64,000 nt of DNA from assembly GCF_009914755.1 (NCBI RefSeq), contig NC_060936.1. One strand, written 5' to 3'. The notes under the pieces are model-generated. The model was given only the letters and a program-made list of their open reading frames with translations. It ran no database searches and had not been told where the DNA came from. Below are positions 1 to 13,567 of the stretch, piece after piece. The first letter of the stretch is position 1. Each line of letters opens with the position of its first letter. This DNA comes from the human T2T-CHM13v2.0 reference genome, Homo sapiens. Both the position numbers and the translations under genes were made by a program.

Positions 1-82
1 GTTGGAGGCTGCAGTGAGCTACAGCTGTACCACTGTGCTTCAGCCTGGGCAACAGAGCAAGACCCTGTCTCTGAAAAAAAAA
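1..82 (+). mobile_element. Alu 3' end (window edge)
   Basis: gaggctgcagtgagc...gaccctgtctc plus A tail. Confidence 0.9.
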
Positions 83-269
83 AGTAAAAAAAATAAGTAA
101 AAAAGTAAGAAATATGTTTTGAGGATTATAAATGGAATTTAAATAAGCAGTTCTTGTGGTTGTGGATTTTTTTGTTGATGGTAGGGTTTTGGTGGTTTTT
201 TTCCTTTAAGTGGGATAGAGGAACTTTTAAGTAAATAAAATCAATTACATTACTTTAAAATATACATTT

Positions 270-679
<410 letters not shown>

Positions 680-1124
680 CTACATGTTAGAGATAAACTA
701 TTTGACAAAAATGAATATAACTTTAATTTCTCTTACAGCTGATAGTTTTTGGTTATAAAAAGTGATTTAAATGTTATTCTTAATCCTATTTTGAATATTT
801 TAATTCTAACATGGGTAAATTTCATATGCTATTTTTCTCTAGAGCCCTATTTGCAGTTATCATGCTGAAGATCAACATTTGTCCAAATGGTTGGCATAGT
901 AAACAGTTATGGTACTGACTATTTTGTATTAAAGTTACTAGGACAGATGAGAGAAACAGATTAGTAGTCATTCTGTATGTTAACATTAAAATGTTTGTGT
1001 ACTTCTTTAAAGGAGAGTTCTTTAACTGATTTTCATTTAAAGTAAAATTTAAATTTTACTCTAGAAATTATTTTAGTCTCTTTCAAAGAAAACAATACAT
1101 TTGCATTTGCCTCTTTTGTTTTAG

Positions 1125-1248
1125 GTAGTTCAACTTATCAGCAATGAGATACTACCTTATGCCAATTTTATTCCTAAGGAATTTGTTGGTCAAATAATGA
1201 CAATGCTTAACAAGGGCTCAATACATTCTCAGTCATCTTCATTTACAG
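1125..1248 (+). CDS. MON2: MON2 internal coding exon ([41 protein letters not shown]+G)
   Basis: Polypyrimidine tract plus AG at 1123-1124, GTATGT donor at 1249; 124 nt open frame, phase 0 to 1; joins the next exon in frame. Confidence 0.95.
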
Positions 1249-2084
1249 GTATGTTAATTTTTTTAAGTATTAAAAAGTATTGAAGTACTTTTGAAGAAAC
1301 TGTCAGTAGAAATGTTTAATCCTATGATTTTGGTAATGTAAACTGGAGAATGGTAAGGTGATTTTTAGGATTGTAATATAGAACTAAGCTTTATGAGGAG
1401 AAATGTTATGACATGACTATTCTGTGGAATAGAATGTTTTTATTCCATGTTTCTATTCTGTGAAATACTGTGTTTCTGATCATATATCAGAAACACTGAA
1501 CTAAATTTTTTAAATATCATAACTGCAAACTGTGAAGAATTAAATTGCAAAGCACTTTATGGAATCCATGGATGTCACTGCAGGCTGACAGAAGTTACCA
1601 GTTTTGTGAAGTCATAGATTGGAAAGGAATATAAAAATATGAATGTATATTCTGCCACTTAGCAGTCAATTAACTTTTGAGTCTCAGTTTTGTAATCTTT
1701 AAAATGGAGATATTAATACCATCTTCTCAGGACTATAAATTACAGAGTTCATTTAAAAAAATAAGATGCCTCAACATTTTTTAAGGGAATTAACATTTAC
1801 TCAGTGCCAACTATGTACAAGATACTATGCTAGAATGTTATATTATTTCTCACAACATTTCTGTGAGGATAGGTAAGACCATATTACAGGAAAGAAAATT
1901 GATTTAGAAAGGTTGAAAAAATTGCTCACAATCTTAGGGCTAGAGGCCAAATTCATGCTTAAAAAGAACTACATGCTTCTTTTCATTATATCATGCTGCC
2001 TTAATTGGGAACTGATATATAAATTACTGTTTGTTATTAATTCTCTTTTTGTAAACCTGAGCTCAAGTCTTAAACTGTGGCATC

Positions 2085-2678
2085 AGCCAGGTGCAGTGAT
2101 TCATGCCCATAATCCTAGTGTTCTGGGATCGCTAGGTGGGATCCCAAGGTGGGAGGATCGCTTGAGGCCAGTAGTTTGAGACCAGCCTGGGCAGCACAGT
2201 GAGACTGCCTCTGTCTCTACAAAAGATTTTAAAATTAGCTGGGCATGGTGACACATGCCTGTAGTCCTAGATACTCGGGTGGCTGAAGTGGGATGGCTTG
2301 AGCCCAGGAGGCCGAGGTGACGGAGTTATGATTGTACCACTGCATTTTAGAGTGCACTCTGGGCAACAGAGCAAGACTCTTGTCTCATATATATGTATAT
2401 ATGATTTAAAAACTACATTTTGGGAGGCCGAGACGGGCAGATCACTTAAGGTCAGGAGTTCAAGACCAGCCTGGCCAACACGGTGAAACCCTGTCTCCAC
2501 TAAAAATAATTAGCCAGGTGTGATGGCATTTGTCTGTTATCCCAGCTACACAGGAGGCTGAGGCAGGAAAATTGCTTGATTCGGGAAGCGGAGGTTGCAG
2601 TGAGCCAGGATCACACTACTGCACTCCAGCCTGGGCGACAGAGCGAGACTGTCTCAAAAACAAAAAAGAAAAAAGAAA
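2085..2678 (+). mobile_element. Two tandem Alus (J-like 2085-2387; 5'-truncated S-like 2418-2678)
   Basis: Alu consensus blocks. Confidence 0.9.
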
Positions 2679-3878
2679 CTGTAAATTTGTGCCATGCAGA
2701 TCCTTAATCCTCAGAATTTACTAGAGCCTTAACTAGCTTCTCCTATTTTGTGCTGAGCATTTTAAAGAGCATTTATGTGTACAGTTTGACCACTAGATGT
2801 CTCTCATACTGCTCACTTCACATACTAGTTCTTTTTTCTAGCCCAAACAGTTTTTAAAACTGGCCTGGTAAAGTGTGGGTTTAGCAAACATGAGAATCTC
2901 GGGGAAAATTTTAAACCCCGCTTATCTTAATGTAGCCAACTTTTTATTATTAAGAGTATGTGAAAATATTTAACTTTTAATAAAATACACATTAAGAACA
3001 ATATTCACAATTAGGTATAAATGTCCAAAGTTAAATAAGGGCTATTGAGTTACCAAGTATACTTTTACTGGCAGTTTTCTGATAATATATCTTGCTATGT
3101 ATAGTATTAAATTTACCAAGACAAGAAAGGTGCATGGACATTCTTTCAGTGACTTTGCCATATGACACATGTCTTCTCAGCACTAACTTGGAGTTTTCCA
3201 ACACCTGGGAAGCTTCACGTGAGAGTCCTTCACCACCACAACAATGCTCCTGCTCATTCCTCTCATCAGACAAGGGCAATTTTGTAAGAGTTTCAGTGGG
3301 AAATCATTAGGCATCCACTTTACAGTTGTAATTTGGCTCTTTTTGTTTTCTTTTTGTTTCGGATCTTAAAATACCATTGAAGGACAGCCTTTTTCTTCAG
3401 TCAATAATGTAAAAAAGACAGCATTGACATGGTTAAATTCCCAGGACCTCAGTTTTTTACAGATAAACTAAATGGCTGGTATCATCGCTTACAAAAGTGT
3501 CTTGAACTTGATTGAGCTTATGTTGAAAAATAAAGTTTGTAGTTTTCATTAAAAAAAAAAAACTTAGAGTTTTCCTTAAACATATACATACAAAACTTTT
3601 ATTTGCTAAACAAGGCCAACCTGTAAACACAGAGGTTCCAGTGATGATTGGCCTTTTGCTTTTAAGTATGATCTGATAGTCAGAGCTCACAGACATTTGA
3701 GGAAATTCTCTAACACCAAAGAGAAAGACCAAAACAAATGAAGAGAGAGTAAAAGAAATTGGAAGGAAACAGATAAAATGCAGAGTCACTGAAAACATAA
3801 AACCAGTTAGGATGATCAAAGAGATAAAAGAACAATTTAAAAAATGCTACATAAAAGGAGCAGTAGAAAAAGAAAGAA

Positions 3879-4178
3879 GGCTGGGCACGGTGGCTCAGGC
3901 CTGTATTCCCAGCATTTGGGAGGCCGAGGCAGGAGGATCACTTGAGCCCAGGAGTTTGAGACAAGCCTGGGCAACATGGCAAAACCCCATCTCTACAAAA
4001 AATACAAATGTTAGCTGGGTGAGGTAGTTTATGACTGTAGTCCCAGTTACTTGGGAGGCTGAGGTGGGAGGATCACCTGAGCCCAGGAGAACAAGGCTGC
4101 AATGAGCTGTGATCACACCACTGCACTCCAGCCTAGGTGACAGACTAGAGACTCTGTCTCAAAAACAAAAAAAACAAG
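3879..4178 (+). mobile_element. AluJ-like
   Basis: Dimeric Alu with A tail. Confidence 0.92.
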
Positions 4179-4494
4179 ACGAGAAAGAACTCATAGAAAC
4201 TAAAGATGTAGAGTTCAGTGAAAGGTAGAAAGGAGAAGTAAAATGAATCCAGGGAGCCTAACATCTGACAAAGAGAGAACAAAGAAAATCTAGGAGAAGG
4301 AATTATCAAAGAAATAAACTGAAGAACTGAAGAACAAAACTTCCAGATTAAAAATAGTCAGTATCAAAAACAGTGAAAGAAAAAAGACCCAAATCAGGCA
4401 TGTCATTATGAAATATCAGAATACCTGGGATAAAGAGAAGACCCTAAAAGATTTCAGAAAGAAAGAAAAAAAGTTCAGTATAAAAGACATTGGA

Positions 4495-4815
<321 letters not shown>

Positions 4816-4954
4816 CAGACAGTGGAATTCTCAGACGCAGTATTGGATGCTAAAAGACATTGAAGCAGTGGTTTTAGAGTTGTAAATGGAAAGGACTTTT
4901 AACATGGAAGCTCCATGTTAAAACTCATACTGTTGGCCAAGTATGAGTGTAAAA

Positions 4955-5122
4955 CAGTAATTCTCCAATTTCAGCATGCATCCTAATCAACCAGAGGACA
5001 AGCAATTGCTGAGTTGTACCCCCTGAATTTCTGATTCAGTAAGACTGGGAGGCATGTGAATTTACATTTCTAACAAGTTCTCTGGTAATGCTGATGCTGC
5101 AGGGTACATTTTTGAGTACCAT
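4955..5122. mobile_element. MER5A DNA transposon
   Basis: tttctgattcagta...catttctaacaagttctctggtaatgctgatgctgc. Confidence 0.75.
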
Positions 5123-5249
5123 AATATATGACATTTTCGGAGGTACATGCGCTCAAAAGTTTTACTTCTCATTGATTGTTTCTTAGGAAGCTACTTCAAA
5201 ATATGCTCTGTAAAAGCAAAGTAGTAAACCAAGGAAAAATAAGGCATGA

Positions 5250-5558
5250 GGCTGGGTGCCATGGCTCACGCCTGTAATCTCAGCACTTTGGGAAGCCAAG
5301 GCTGGCGGATCACGAGGTCAGGAAATCGAGACCATCCTGGCTAACACAGTGAAACACTGTCTCTACTAAAAATACAAAAAATTAGCTGGGTGTGGTGGCA
5401 CGTGCCTGTAGTCCCAGCTATTCAGGAGGCTGAGGCAGGAGAATTGCTTGAACCCAGGAGGCAGAGGTTGCGGTGAGCCAAGATTACACCACTGCACTCC
5501 TGCCTGGGCAACAAGATGAGACTCTGTCTCAACAAAAAAAAAAAAAAAAAAAAAAAAA
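5250..5558 (+). mobile_element. AluSc-like
   Basis: ggatcacgaggtcagga diagnostic, A tail. Confidence 0.92.
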
Positions 5559-5894
5559 GGAGATCTTGGAAGTGGGATCTAACTTGAGAGAATGGAAACA
5601 ATTTCCAGAGTGATGGCAAAGACTAGTTTCAGGATATAACAGAACAGCGTGTCTAGAGAGCAACTGCCGGACTGGAGCAGAGGTCACGTTCCAGGAAAGA
5701 AGTTGCTAGGAGAGGGAAAAAGAGAGAAAAAGAGAATACTGCAAGTTTGACCACATGAAAAACTATTGTGAAGTATATTTTACAGTGCTGTTTTATGGTA
5801 TAGAAAGACCAAATCAAGAAATATGTTGAATAGAAGTGATGAGGATCTTGCCTTGTTTTTGATCTTGTGAGGGGGAATTTGTTTCTCTCTACAT

Positions 5895-5895
<1 letters not shown>

Positions 5896-5929
<34 letters not shown>
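5896..5929 (+). repeat. (CA)17 microsatellite
   Basis: Read directly; about 180 nt upstream of a MON2 acceptor. Confidence 0.97.
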
Positions 5930-5932
<3 letters not shown>

Positions 5933-6111
5933 CAAAAAAAAACAAAAAAAAAACACATTTTCACTATATGTATGCTATTAGCTATAGGTTGTTCTAGGTG
6001 CCTTTCACCAGATTGAGGAATTTCTCTCTATTCCTAGTTTGCTAAGCATTGTTATCATTAAAGCTCATTGATTTAACTTCTATTAACCATCAAAATTTGT
6101 TAATTTTACAG

Positions 6112-6319
6112 AAGCAGAGATTGATATTCGTTTGAGAGAGGAATTTTCTAAAATGTGTTTTGAAACATTACTCCAGTTTTCCTTCAGTAATAAAGTCACA
6201 ACACCTCAAGAAGGCTACATCTCACGAATGGCACTCTCAGTGCTTTTAAAGAGGTCCCAAGATGTACTACATCGCTATATAGAGGATGAAAGATTAAGTG
6301 GTAAATGCCCTCTTCCAAG
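6112..6319 (+). CDS. MON2: MON2 internal coding exon ([26 protein letters not shown]...[11 protein letters not shown])
   Basis: ttttacAG acceptor (6110-6111), GTATAT donor at 6320; 208 nt, phase 1 to 2; overlaps ORF-track 6132..6365; recognisable Mon2 C-terminal motif [14 protein letters not shown]. Confidence 0.96.
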
Positions 6320-8254
6320 GTATATATTTCATTTTATTAAAGAAATAAATGTATTGTTGTACTAATTGTTGATAACAAGGAAAACTCTGAAAAGCAAGTG
6401 TTTTTGTAAGTGATCTGAACTAAGCTGAAGTTGTTTATAATCTTATTTATCCCATATGGTGTAAATATTCACAGGTTTTCCTGCAGATATATTAACATGT
6501 TTTGTTATGGGGTGCTTTTTTAGATCCCTCATGGAGATTATGTAACATATGATACATAGGTACCAAATTACCTTTTTGAATTAAAAAAAAATAAACTGAA
6601 TTCCAAAATATATCTTCTTCCAGAGATTTCTGGATAAGTACTTGTGGATCTCTATGAGCACATGATATTATTTCTCTAAAGTGAAAATCATAAATCATAT
6701 TTTAGGAATATCCTAGTTTGTTTTACAGTCATTTGCAGGTTTCTCTCTGTGTCAGCTAGCCTGATCTTAGGTCTTCTTTTCATCCAATCTGCTTAGTTAA
6801 GCCCATGGACCTAAACTGATTTATTTCTCATCTGTTCAGCCTGTGTCAGTGGAAGGTGCACTAGGCTTTTCTGATCAGCCAAGGCTAATCAGAGTTGGAG
6901 TACAGAGCAGAATTCAACAAAGGATACAGTCATAAATTAGGGTTAGGTTTGCAAATACTTTTATAATGTGGAAATTAGAGTTTAAGGCATAACTAATGAA
7001 GCAAACAGAAAATAACATGGGAAAACAAAGTTATCAAAGTCAGGAAAGACGAAAATCATTGTTCCCGTCTCATAAGGTAGGACTGGAGAGGCAAATCACC
7101 AGTGTTAAATCTTTGTGCACATTTTAATTTACTTATAATAAATTTCTGAAGTTGGAATTGACCTGTCAAAAGGCACAGACATTTTATAGCTTTTGATATG
7201 CATTAACCAAATTTCCCAACAGAGATTTATACCAATTTACATTCTCCCAGGAATGTGTGAATGTCCCTTTCCTCAATTTTTAGCATTTTTAAATTATTTG
7301 CCAGTTTATCATTTATCTTTTTCTAATTTGATGAATGAAAAATAGTCATGTGGTACTTTGCTTTCATTTTTTAATTACCAATGCATATTAGCTATTTGTA
7401 TTTCTTCTTTTAGGATCCAGTGTATTTTGAATTTCTAGAACTTAAATTATAACTCCTTATACTCAAATTTATACACAAAAACACTCCAAAGACAGATGTT
7501 AGTAATTTGGCTATGGGCATGATTGAAAATTGATTTCTGAAGTATACTTGGAAATGTGGTAATAAGGTTGTTTTGAGTGGAATATTGTTAGAACATATTT
7601 ATATATTATAAAATATTTTTTGATTTCAGAAGAAAACTTTCACCTTATTTTTTAATGTTCTAAGTCTTTACTTTTTAACTACTACCTTTAAATTGAGCCT
7701 TATTTATAATTGTCCTATGAAGTTATATTGTATCATTCTGTGTTTGTTGCAGTATCATTTAATTGTTTTGTAAAAAGCTACATTGCAACACAATAAAATA
7801 CTTCAATGCTTACAATAGGAAGTCTTGAAATAGTATCCTGACATGGTATTAGAAAGTCTTATCTGCAGAATAACACAAATGCACACCAGGAATGGGGAGG
7901 GATGAGGGCGGACCAGAGACCAGAAGAGCTTTGTTTTTATGAGGAGAAAGAAGGGAATCACGCTACTCTTGTTGACTCTTTACTCCAAGTTCATTCTTCA
8001 TTGCTAATGTCTCCAAATAGTGCTACCTTAGGATTGATTTCCAGAATGTTTCTTGTTTGTATTATTAGAAAGTTAAATAAGTACCATTGTAATTTTGAAT
8101 ATACTTTCAACAGCATGGTAGAATATATGCCATGTGGTAATAGTAGTCTTTGTTTCCATTTAAGCTTTGGCAAATCTCTTTTAGTACTAATTAGTTTAAA
8201 AAAAAAAAAACTTGTAGAGAAGTTTTAAAAGCATGTATTATAAAATGTTTTAAG

Positions 8255-8581
8255 GGCAGGGCACAGTGGCTCATGCCTGTAATCCCAGCACTTTAGGAGG
8301 CCGAGGCAGGAGGATCACTTGGCAGGGGGATCACTTGAGCCCAGGAGTTCGAGACCAGCATGGGCAGCATAGCAAGCAAGACCTTGTTTCTACTTTAAAA
8401 AAAAAAAAAAATTAGCCAGACAATGTGGCATGCCCCTGTAGTCCCAGCTACTCGGGAGGCTAAGTGGGAGGATCACTTGAGCGCAAGTCAAGGCTGCAGT
8501 GAGCTGTGATCTCACCATTGCACTCCAGTCTAAGTGACAGAGCAAGACCCTGTCTCAAAAAATCAATAAATAAAAATAAAA
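8255..8581 (+). mobile_element. AluJ-like
   Basis: Dimeric Alu, TSD aaaa(t/c)gttttaa. Confidence 0.92.
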
Positions 8582-8891
8582 CGTTTTAATTTTAAGTAGT
8601 TATGTGAAATATCTTACAAATAAATTTAATTTTTCAGGAGTAGATTGCCCCACCTCTTTATTAATTGATAAGTCATGGCAAGAATAACTACAAATTTGAT
8701 TTGCACACTGAAGTACATATAAATAAAATGATTTTTACTTTTATATGAATTTAAAACTAACATTAACCTTGCATTGTATTGTGTTCAGTATTTTTCAAAA
8801 GTTCATCTATTTGTACAAACTTAGTTTAAAAAACAAACATACCTGGCAACTTTAAAATCTTAATGGAAATGATTTCCTATCTCTTTTTCAG

Positions 8892-8974
8892 GCAACAAGT
8901 AACAGAAATTATATTTGTTTTAAAAGCAGTCAGTACTCTTATTGATTCACTTAAGAAAACTCAGCCTGAGAATG
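8892..8974 (+). CDS. MON2: MON2 penultimate exon ([27 protein letters not shown])
   Basis: ctctttttcAG acceptor, GTAAGT donor at 8975; 83 nt, phase 2 to 1; frame consistent with both neighbours. Confidence 0.95.
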
Positions 8975-10446
8975 GTAAGTGCTTAGAAACAGTTATTCTA
9001 AATTCGTAACATTTATGTTCTATTTGTGATGGACTTTTGTCTGTTAATTTAACTGAATTATAGGAACATAGCAGTCATTAGACTTCTTTTCTCCAGTTCT
9101 CATGACAACAAAGCATCAAGTCCATTAGGATGTCAATTAAGTAAAATTAATTTGTGATGTTTTCATTTTTTATGAAGCAGTCTACCTTACTTTTTTTTTT
9201 TTACTATATTGTTCTGAAGTCAGGTTATTGCAAGAATAATCCATATTTCATATATTTTTAATGTAGAAGATAATTGACTTATTTGGGGACAGGTGGAAAA
9301 GGGCTTTATCATCTATTCGTACTGATTTACTTTGCAGATACAAACTGTATAAATAACTTTGAATCATTTTTACCATTCTTTCTCATTTGTTTGCCCTTTC
9401 TGTTGTTCATTCCTGTCCAGTCCATTCTTTACATGATAGCCGGAAATGATTTTTCCATAGTAGGGCTTTGATCATTTATTTCCTCATCCTCCCAAAGCAA
9501 AAAAATATTTTTCATTTACCGTTTCCTACCAAATTGCAAAGAATACTCCAGTCTGACTCCATTCTAGTCACACTTTATTTCCCACAATAGATTTCATTTC
9601 CCCTACTCTGCACTAAACTAAAATTCTCAATCTTCCCAAATTTTTTCAACCTTTTGTTTATTTCATTATCCAGCTTGTATCAGCCTATTTGGAATACCAC
9701 CCTACTTTTAAACCTTGTTTTTAATCTCTTAAAGGTAAATAATTTTTCTTTTCATTGAATGCAAAGCTTTTTTATGTGTACTTGTCTCGAAGCACTCTAT
9801 TTGTATTACAATTATGCATGTACATGACTCATCTCCCTTTACATTGTTAAGATTTTTGAGGGGCTTTTCAGACCATGTTTTGTTCTATTTTGAATCCTCT
9901 ACAACATTGCTTTTCAAAGTATGGTTTGTTGGACCAGCCATTGATTGGCTTCAACAGTTTTGTTACTGGTCTGGGACAAGATAGTGAGCTGGCATCAGAA
10001 TATAAATCAGATGTGTCACTAAACACACTGCTTGGTTCAGCTGACTTTTTTTTATACAAGAAGACATTGGTAAAGAAGAAAACTGTGTGTTGGTTTACAT
10101 TCTGGCACAAGCTTCTTATTTTGTAGCAGATTGGCACCTTAAGGAGCATTACTTTTAATATCCAAGAAAAAAGTAGATTCCTAGTAAATTACTAATGAAT
10201 GAGTTGTAGGATATTTGTTCCTGTCAACTATTATATAAGTGGAGTAAATACATATTTTTCTTTTGTTAAAATTCACCCATTGGTACTTTGGCCTAGAAAG
10301 GGTATTATACTAAATCTTAAGAGGCAGTACACTTGTCTTTATTCAACCCAAAGGGATGGATGGAATTTCTAAGAAAAAGCCTGGGGCAGTGTCCTGAATT
10401 TATCCCATTAGAGTTCAGATTTGGGTTTTCTTCAAAAAGTGTCCTG

Positions 10447-10584
10447 GGCTGGCACAGTGGCTCACACCTGTAATCCCAACACTTTGGGAGCCTGAGGTGG
10501 GAGGATTGCTTGAGCCTAGGAGTCTGAGACCATCCTGGACAGTGTAGTCAGACCCCATCTTTAAAAAAAAAAAAAAAAAAAAAG
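10447..10584 (+). mobile_element. Alu left monomer (FLAM-like)
   Basis: Single arm plus A tail. Confidence 0.88.
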
Positions 10585-10914
10585 AACCAGAATGTGTATA
10601 AAGGGAGAAAAGGAAGCAAAAACTCAGTAACTCTTTTTTACAAAGCCAATAGGTTATATGTATAAGGCAGTGTAGTAATAGATGATCTAACTAAATGAAT
10701 GTTAAAAAATTGTTGAATGGAGTTTGAATTATGTCTCTGGGTCTATGAAGTGAAAATTTAAATTGAATGTAAACATATAAGATGATATAACATTTTAGAA
10801 AGCTGTGGTAAGCTTTATTAAGAAAAAGAATGACTTCATTATTTGTTTTGGGGCTTTTTAGTGAGAGAAGATGCATTTGTTAGACTTATTTTTGTTTGGG
10901 GAGATTTTTTGGTT

Positions 10915-11210
10915 TTTGTCTTTTTTGAGACAGGCTCTTGCTCTGTCGCCCAGGCTAGTGTGCAGTGGTGTGATCTGTGCTTACTGCGGCGTTGACCTCC
11001 TGGGCTCAAGCGATCCTCCCGTCTTAGCCTCCCAAGTAGCTGGGACTGCAGATACGTGCCACCACACTCTGCTAATTGTTTTGTATTTTCAGTAGAGATA
11101 GGGTCTTGCCATGTTGGCCAGGCTGGTCTGATACTTCTGAGCTCAAGCAGTCTGCCCACCTTGGCCTCCGAAAGTGCTGGGATTGCAGGCATGAACAACC
11201 GCCCCCCAGC
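10915..11210 (-). mobile_element. AluJ-like
   Basis: Reverse-complement Alu. Confidence 0.92.
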
Positions 11211-11462
11211 CAAGATTTTGTTTTCATCATTTTACTTGATCTTTATTTAAAATTTTAAATAGGTAGTATACATATACATGGTCCAAAAATCCAAAACTGT
11301 AAAATGATATACAGGGGAAAGTTTTAATATGATCTTTTCCTTATTCTCTATCTGCCCAGTTCTTACTTTACCACAGACAACCATTTTTATTAGTTTGTGG
11401 ATCCCTCCAGAAGTTTATTATCTAAATACAAAGTACATATTCTAATACTCCCCCATCCCGGT

Positions 11463-11517
11463 TTTGTACACAAATGAATATTTGTACACAATGAATTTTG
11501 TACACAAATGAATATTT
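11463..11517 (+). repeat. Three imperfect copies of an approximately 18-nt unit TTTGTACACAAATGAATA
   Basis: Read directly. Confidence 0.9.
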
Positions 11518-11771
<254 letters not shown>

Positions 11772-13403
11772 TAAAACATATTTTAATTTAAGAAATTTGA
11801 GTTGCTTCCTTTGAGTTTAAGATGTCATCATAACATACTTTTGTGTTTTACCGTAATAAACTGAGGGTTAATTTGGTCAATTGACTCTCCATCTGGGACA
11901 ACCTAGACAGGTTTCAATCTATCTAATCTTTTGTTAAATGATTAGTGTAAAGTTTCACAGGAGACAACTGAAGCAGAATTTTTAAAACTTCTTAGACAGT
12001 GGCTTTTTGACTTTTGTATTCTGTTAAGCAGCAAAATTCTTTTTACAAATGAAATGTGATGTGAATTCCCAACATATTAAAACAGAGAAAAGCAGAACAG
12101 CTCCAGCCTGACTCCTCACCCTCAGCAATACCCATCAGCTCTATTCCCCATTTCTTCTTATCACACCCACCCTGAGGAAGCCCCTGTTTGGGGAAAAAGG
12201 TTAAATTAACAGTATAGCATTTTTCCAAGATATGTACTAAGGCATGAACATTGATGATGTTTGATGTCAGTAGGTATTGGATGGAAAAAAAATCCATAAT
12301 TAAGGGAACACTGGGTTAAAGTTAAATTTGTTCTTTTACTACAAGCCCTTAATAAATTGATATGAAGAATTAGTCTCCAAAAGGTGAGAGATATGAAACA
12401 TCTGCCAAACTACTTTATCATGAGCTTTTTCCTAAGAAGTAAATTGAGGAACACTAGTTTGAGAAACACATTTCTTTATTTTACAGTGGAAGAAGTAAGA
12501 TAAAGAGCAATTAAATGACTTGACCAGGGACACCCATCATTGCCTTATTTCAGAAAGAATTTTAGGCAATTGACACCCAGTAAATTGTAGTGAAAAACAG
12601 AATCAAAGCTCTCTACACATAGTATTTATTTTTCTTTAATACTATAATGCCTCTTAGATTTGAGACTTGTTTCACAAAATTTTAAAAATACCTAAAAGTC
12701 TAAAAAAAATCTTGCATATTGGGTGCCCAACATTATGCACAATACTTATAGGAAAATATAACTAATTGGGATATAACACTTTTGTCCTTTCAGTAGCAAT
12801 AGCATTTAGCTGTACTATTTGTTCATGATAGTGGTGAAGAAGCCAGACATGGTTCCTCCCCACTCAAGTCTACATCTAATGATATACATTAAAGATTAGC
12901 AAACAGTACAAGACAAGAATGGATCTGTTTGTGACAGTTTGTAATTAAAAGGAATATCAAGGATATTACTGGGAAAATCATTAAACATATTTTGTATTTC
13001 AAAAGATTTCTACTTTTAGCAGACAACTGAAAAAGTTATTTTCTAATTCTTGAAATGTACACTACATCCTCTCGCAATTATATTAAAAATGACAAAGGTT
13101 TGGATTGTTCTGAATTGCTTTGTTAGCTTTCAGAGCCTTCACAAATTGAAATACCATTTAAAATGTACTTTATCAAATTTATTGTTACTGATGACTGCAC
13201 ACTGAGCATATATTTTTTCCCATACCTTATTAAATATAGCAGGAAATCTTTGAAAAATTAAAAAGATAAAAAGATACAAGCTTGTAGAATCTTCATGTTT
13301 CAGAGTTTTTTCTTTACATGCAGTTTAAAGGATTGTGTTCATGTTAATTGAATAATCTCTATTTAATTCCACCCTTTTGAGGTTTTATACTTTTGCATTA
13401 CAG

Positions 13404-13567
13404 TTGATGGAAATACCTGGGCACAAGTAATTGCCTTATACCCAACTTTAGTAGAATGCATCACCTGTTCTTCTTCAGAAGTCTGTTCTGCACTTAAAGA
13501 GGCACTAGTTCCTTTTAAGGATTTCATGCAGCCACCAGCATCCAGAGTTCAAAATGGAGAATCTTGA
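13404..13567 (+). CDS. MON2: MON2 terminal coding exon ([54 protein letters not shown])
   Basis: ttttgcattacAG acceptor, in-frame TGA at 13565-13567; matches the MON2 C-terminus. Confidence 0.96.

Noticed and set aside
1121-1130. ttAG|GTAG at the exon start (recursive splice site or +4 acceptor)
   Set aside because: GTAGTT is a weak donor and the +4 AG would frameshift; explained by the Val codons.
11463-11517. Short direct repeats as a possible CRISPR-like array
   Set aside because: No spacers, three adjacent units, eukaryotic intron.
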